A stretch of 64,000 nt of DNA, taken from assembly GCA_918797485.1 (NCBI GenBank), contig CAKKNE010000001.1:5084001-5148000 (forward strand). Reading direction: 5' to 3'. Position numbers and translations under genes: made by a program. Origin of the DNA: Pelagomonas calceolata. Taxonomy: Eukaryota. The notes beneath the pieces were generated by a model. That model ran no database searches and was not told the origin of the DNA. It saw only the letters and a program-made list of their open reading frames with translations. This document shows, piece after piece, positions 62,326 through 64,000 of the stretch; the stretch's first letter is position 1, and each line of letters begins with the position of its first letter.

Positions 62326-63711
62326 ATGGCACAGTCCTTGCTTGACAAGAACACCCTGTTGCTTCTCGCCTGCTCGTTTCTGCTGCAGTCCGATCAGAAT
62401 CTCCTAGCGCCGCACTTAACGACGGTTGCCCATGAGTTCGGCATGAATGACGTCCAGCGCGACGAAAAGCTGGGCGGCGAACTTGCGATGGGACTATTCC
62501 TACTCGGAGCGCCGGCTGCTCTCGCGATCGGTGCGTGCGCCGATCGCTATCCTCGGAAACTCCTCCTCGTCATCATACTGCTCGTCGGCGGCGCCGCGTC
62601 GTTAGGCACTGCGCTCGCGCGCAGCTACTCCGACTTGTTCTGGATGCGCGCCTTGACCGGTGTGTCGCTCGGGTCAGCTCTTCCTGTCACGTTTTCACTC
62701 GTGGGCGACATGTTCGCACCGTCGCAGCGGACGGCGGCGAGCGGTCGCGTGGGAGTGGCCATGTCTGCGGGAGTCGGCTTCGGACAAGCGATGAGCGGCT
62801 TTCTTGGCGCGTGGCTAGCATCTTGGCGGGCACCCTTCGTAGTCGTCGGCGTGCTGTTCGTCGCCCTTGCGGCGATCGTCTGGATTGCATTCATAGAACC
62901 GAGGCGTGGCGCGTTCGATGACACGGGTTCGGACGAGGACGAGCCTCGTGCCGAAACGGCACGACGCGATCTGGCAGCGGTTTTTCGGACGCCGACGGCG
63001 CTGCTCGTGTTTCTACAAGGGATACCAGGTTGCGTGCCATGGGGCGTCATTATCGTCTATTTACAAGACTACTTACAAGCGGACCTCGGCCTCAGCCTCG
63101 AGCGAAGCGCAATGGTGCTCACGTGCTTTGCAATTGGCGGCTTCGGCGGCCAATTTATTGGCGGAGAGCTCGGCCAACGACTCTATTCGTGGCGCAAGTC
63201 TGCAGCGGCGTGGCATATGTCCATAGCTGAATTGCTGTCGGTCCCGCCACTCGTCGTAATTCTCACGACGACCAAAGCAGACGCCAGCTTCGAAAAATTG
63301 GCACCCGTAGCCGTGGTGCTCGGCCTGCTCGCCACGCAAACTGGCCCGATCGTTCGAGCTTGCCTGACCAACACGACCGCTCCCCGGGCCAGAGCCTCGG
63401 CTTTTGCCGTGTTTGCTCTGTTCGACGACCTCGGTAAAGGGTTCGGCCCAGTTGTTATTGCACGACTGGTGCGAGCGTATGGTCGCCGGCGGGCGTTCGT
63501 AATTGCGACCATTTTTGGCTGGGGCGTCGGTTCCCTAGTTAATGCGGCGATCACCCTGACGCTTGAAGCCGACGAGCGGCGGCTCCGTTCCACGAACGAG
63601 TTCGAGCTCGTGCCCACCGAGACGCTCGGCGGCGCTGAACAGCTCCATCGCCGCTCGCCAAGTCACTCGCCCGACGGCGACGCCGGCTTGATCTACTTGG
63701 ATGCGACGTGA
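62326..63711 (+). CDS. MFS transporter (spinster-like)
   Basis: DQNLLAP, GACADRYPRK, RALTG, WRAPF, EPRRG; about 12 hydrophobic segments. Confidence 0.9.
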   Translation: MAQSLLDKNTLLLLACSFLLQSDQNLLAPHLTTVAHEFGMNDVQRDEKLGGELAMGLFLLGAPAALAIGACADRYPRKLLLVIILLVGGAASLGTALARSYSDLFWMRALTGVSLGSALPVTFSLVGDMFAPSQRTAASGRVGVAMSAGVGFGQAMSGFLGAWLASWRAPFVVVGVLFVALAAIVWIAFIEPRRGAFDDTGSDEDEPRAETARRDLAAVFRTPTALLVFLQGIPGCVPWGVIIVYLQDYLQADLGLSLERSAMVLTCFAIGGFGGQFIGGELGQRLYSWRKSAAAWHMSIAELLSVPPLVVILTTTKADASFEKLAPVAVVLGLLATQTGPIVRACLTNTTAPRARASAFAVFALFDDLGKGFGPVVIARLVRAYGRRRAFVIATIFGWGVGSLVNAAITLTLEADERRLRSTNEFELVPTETLGGAEQLHRRSPSHSPDGDAGLIYLDAT

Positions 63712-63782
63712 AAACCACCGACACCGCGTCGACGGCGTTCGGGGCAATGTTAGTTGATATGTTGTTTAATTCACATTACATT

Positions 63783-64000
63783 CTAGAGCCGCCGCGCGTG
63801 CGTGGAAGCCGACGTCACCTGGATGCTGTAAGGAATGGTCGGGCGCTTGCCCGTCGTCGGCGACTTGGGTGGGGGCTTGTGGTCGTACCTTTTATCGTCG
63901 ATGAGCAGGTGGTACCGCATGGGCTTGGGAGTAGCAAGAGTCATGGGATCGACGCGCGGCGCCACCGTCGCCTTCACCTGACTCTTCCACGAATCGGACC
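63783..64000 (-). CDS. 3' end of a gene extending beyond the window
   Basis: Frame is open from the window end to the stop at 63783. Confidence 0.5.
   Translation of the reverse strand, partial: SDSWKSQVKATVAPRVDPMTLATPKPMRYHLLIDDKRYDHKPPPKSPTTGKRPTIPYSIQVTSASTHARRL

Overview
Gene-dense, GC- and CpG-rich eukaryotic nuclear DNA, most likely from a pelagophyte alga such as Pelagomonas or Aureococcus. That assignment is inferred from ASAF-like plastid presequences, GC-AG introns, introner elements and the MYND-RING-TPR family. It holds about 45 mostly single-exon genes, largely in alternating head-to-head and tail-to-tail pairs, and I found no rRNA, tRNA or CRISPR array. Main observations: (1) a 20-23 bp motif, CTAG-TGTCTT(T)ACA-N-CGCTAG, sits once in nearly every promoter region (17 copies with both CTAG ends plus 3 degenerate ones); (2) introner-type transposon-introns with 15-bp TIRs and 8-bp TSDs occur in both orientations, alongside a series of decayed relatives; (3) a 2.7-kb non-coding TIR element with a 7-bp TSD carries a nested 397-bp hAT-like MITE; (4) a PRMT9-like gene has an in-frame TGA; (5) several gene fusions and back-to-back 5'-truncated gene halves are present; (6) several genes are of prokaryotic type, including an organelle-targeted NAD+-dependent LigA, BioY, a bactofilin with a KSP-repeat tail, and a monooxygenase fused to a DOPA dioxygenase. 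All product calls come from recognising motifs by eye; no database search was run.
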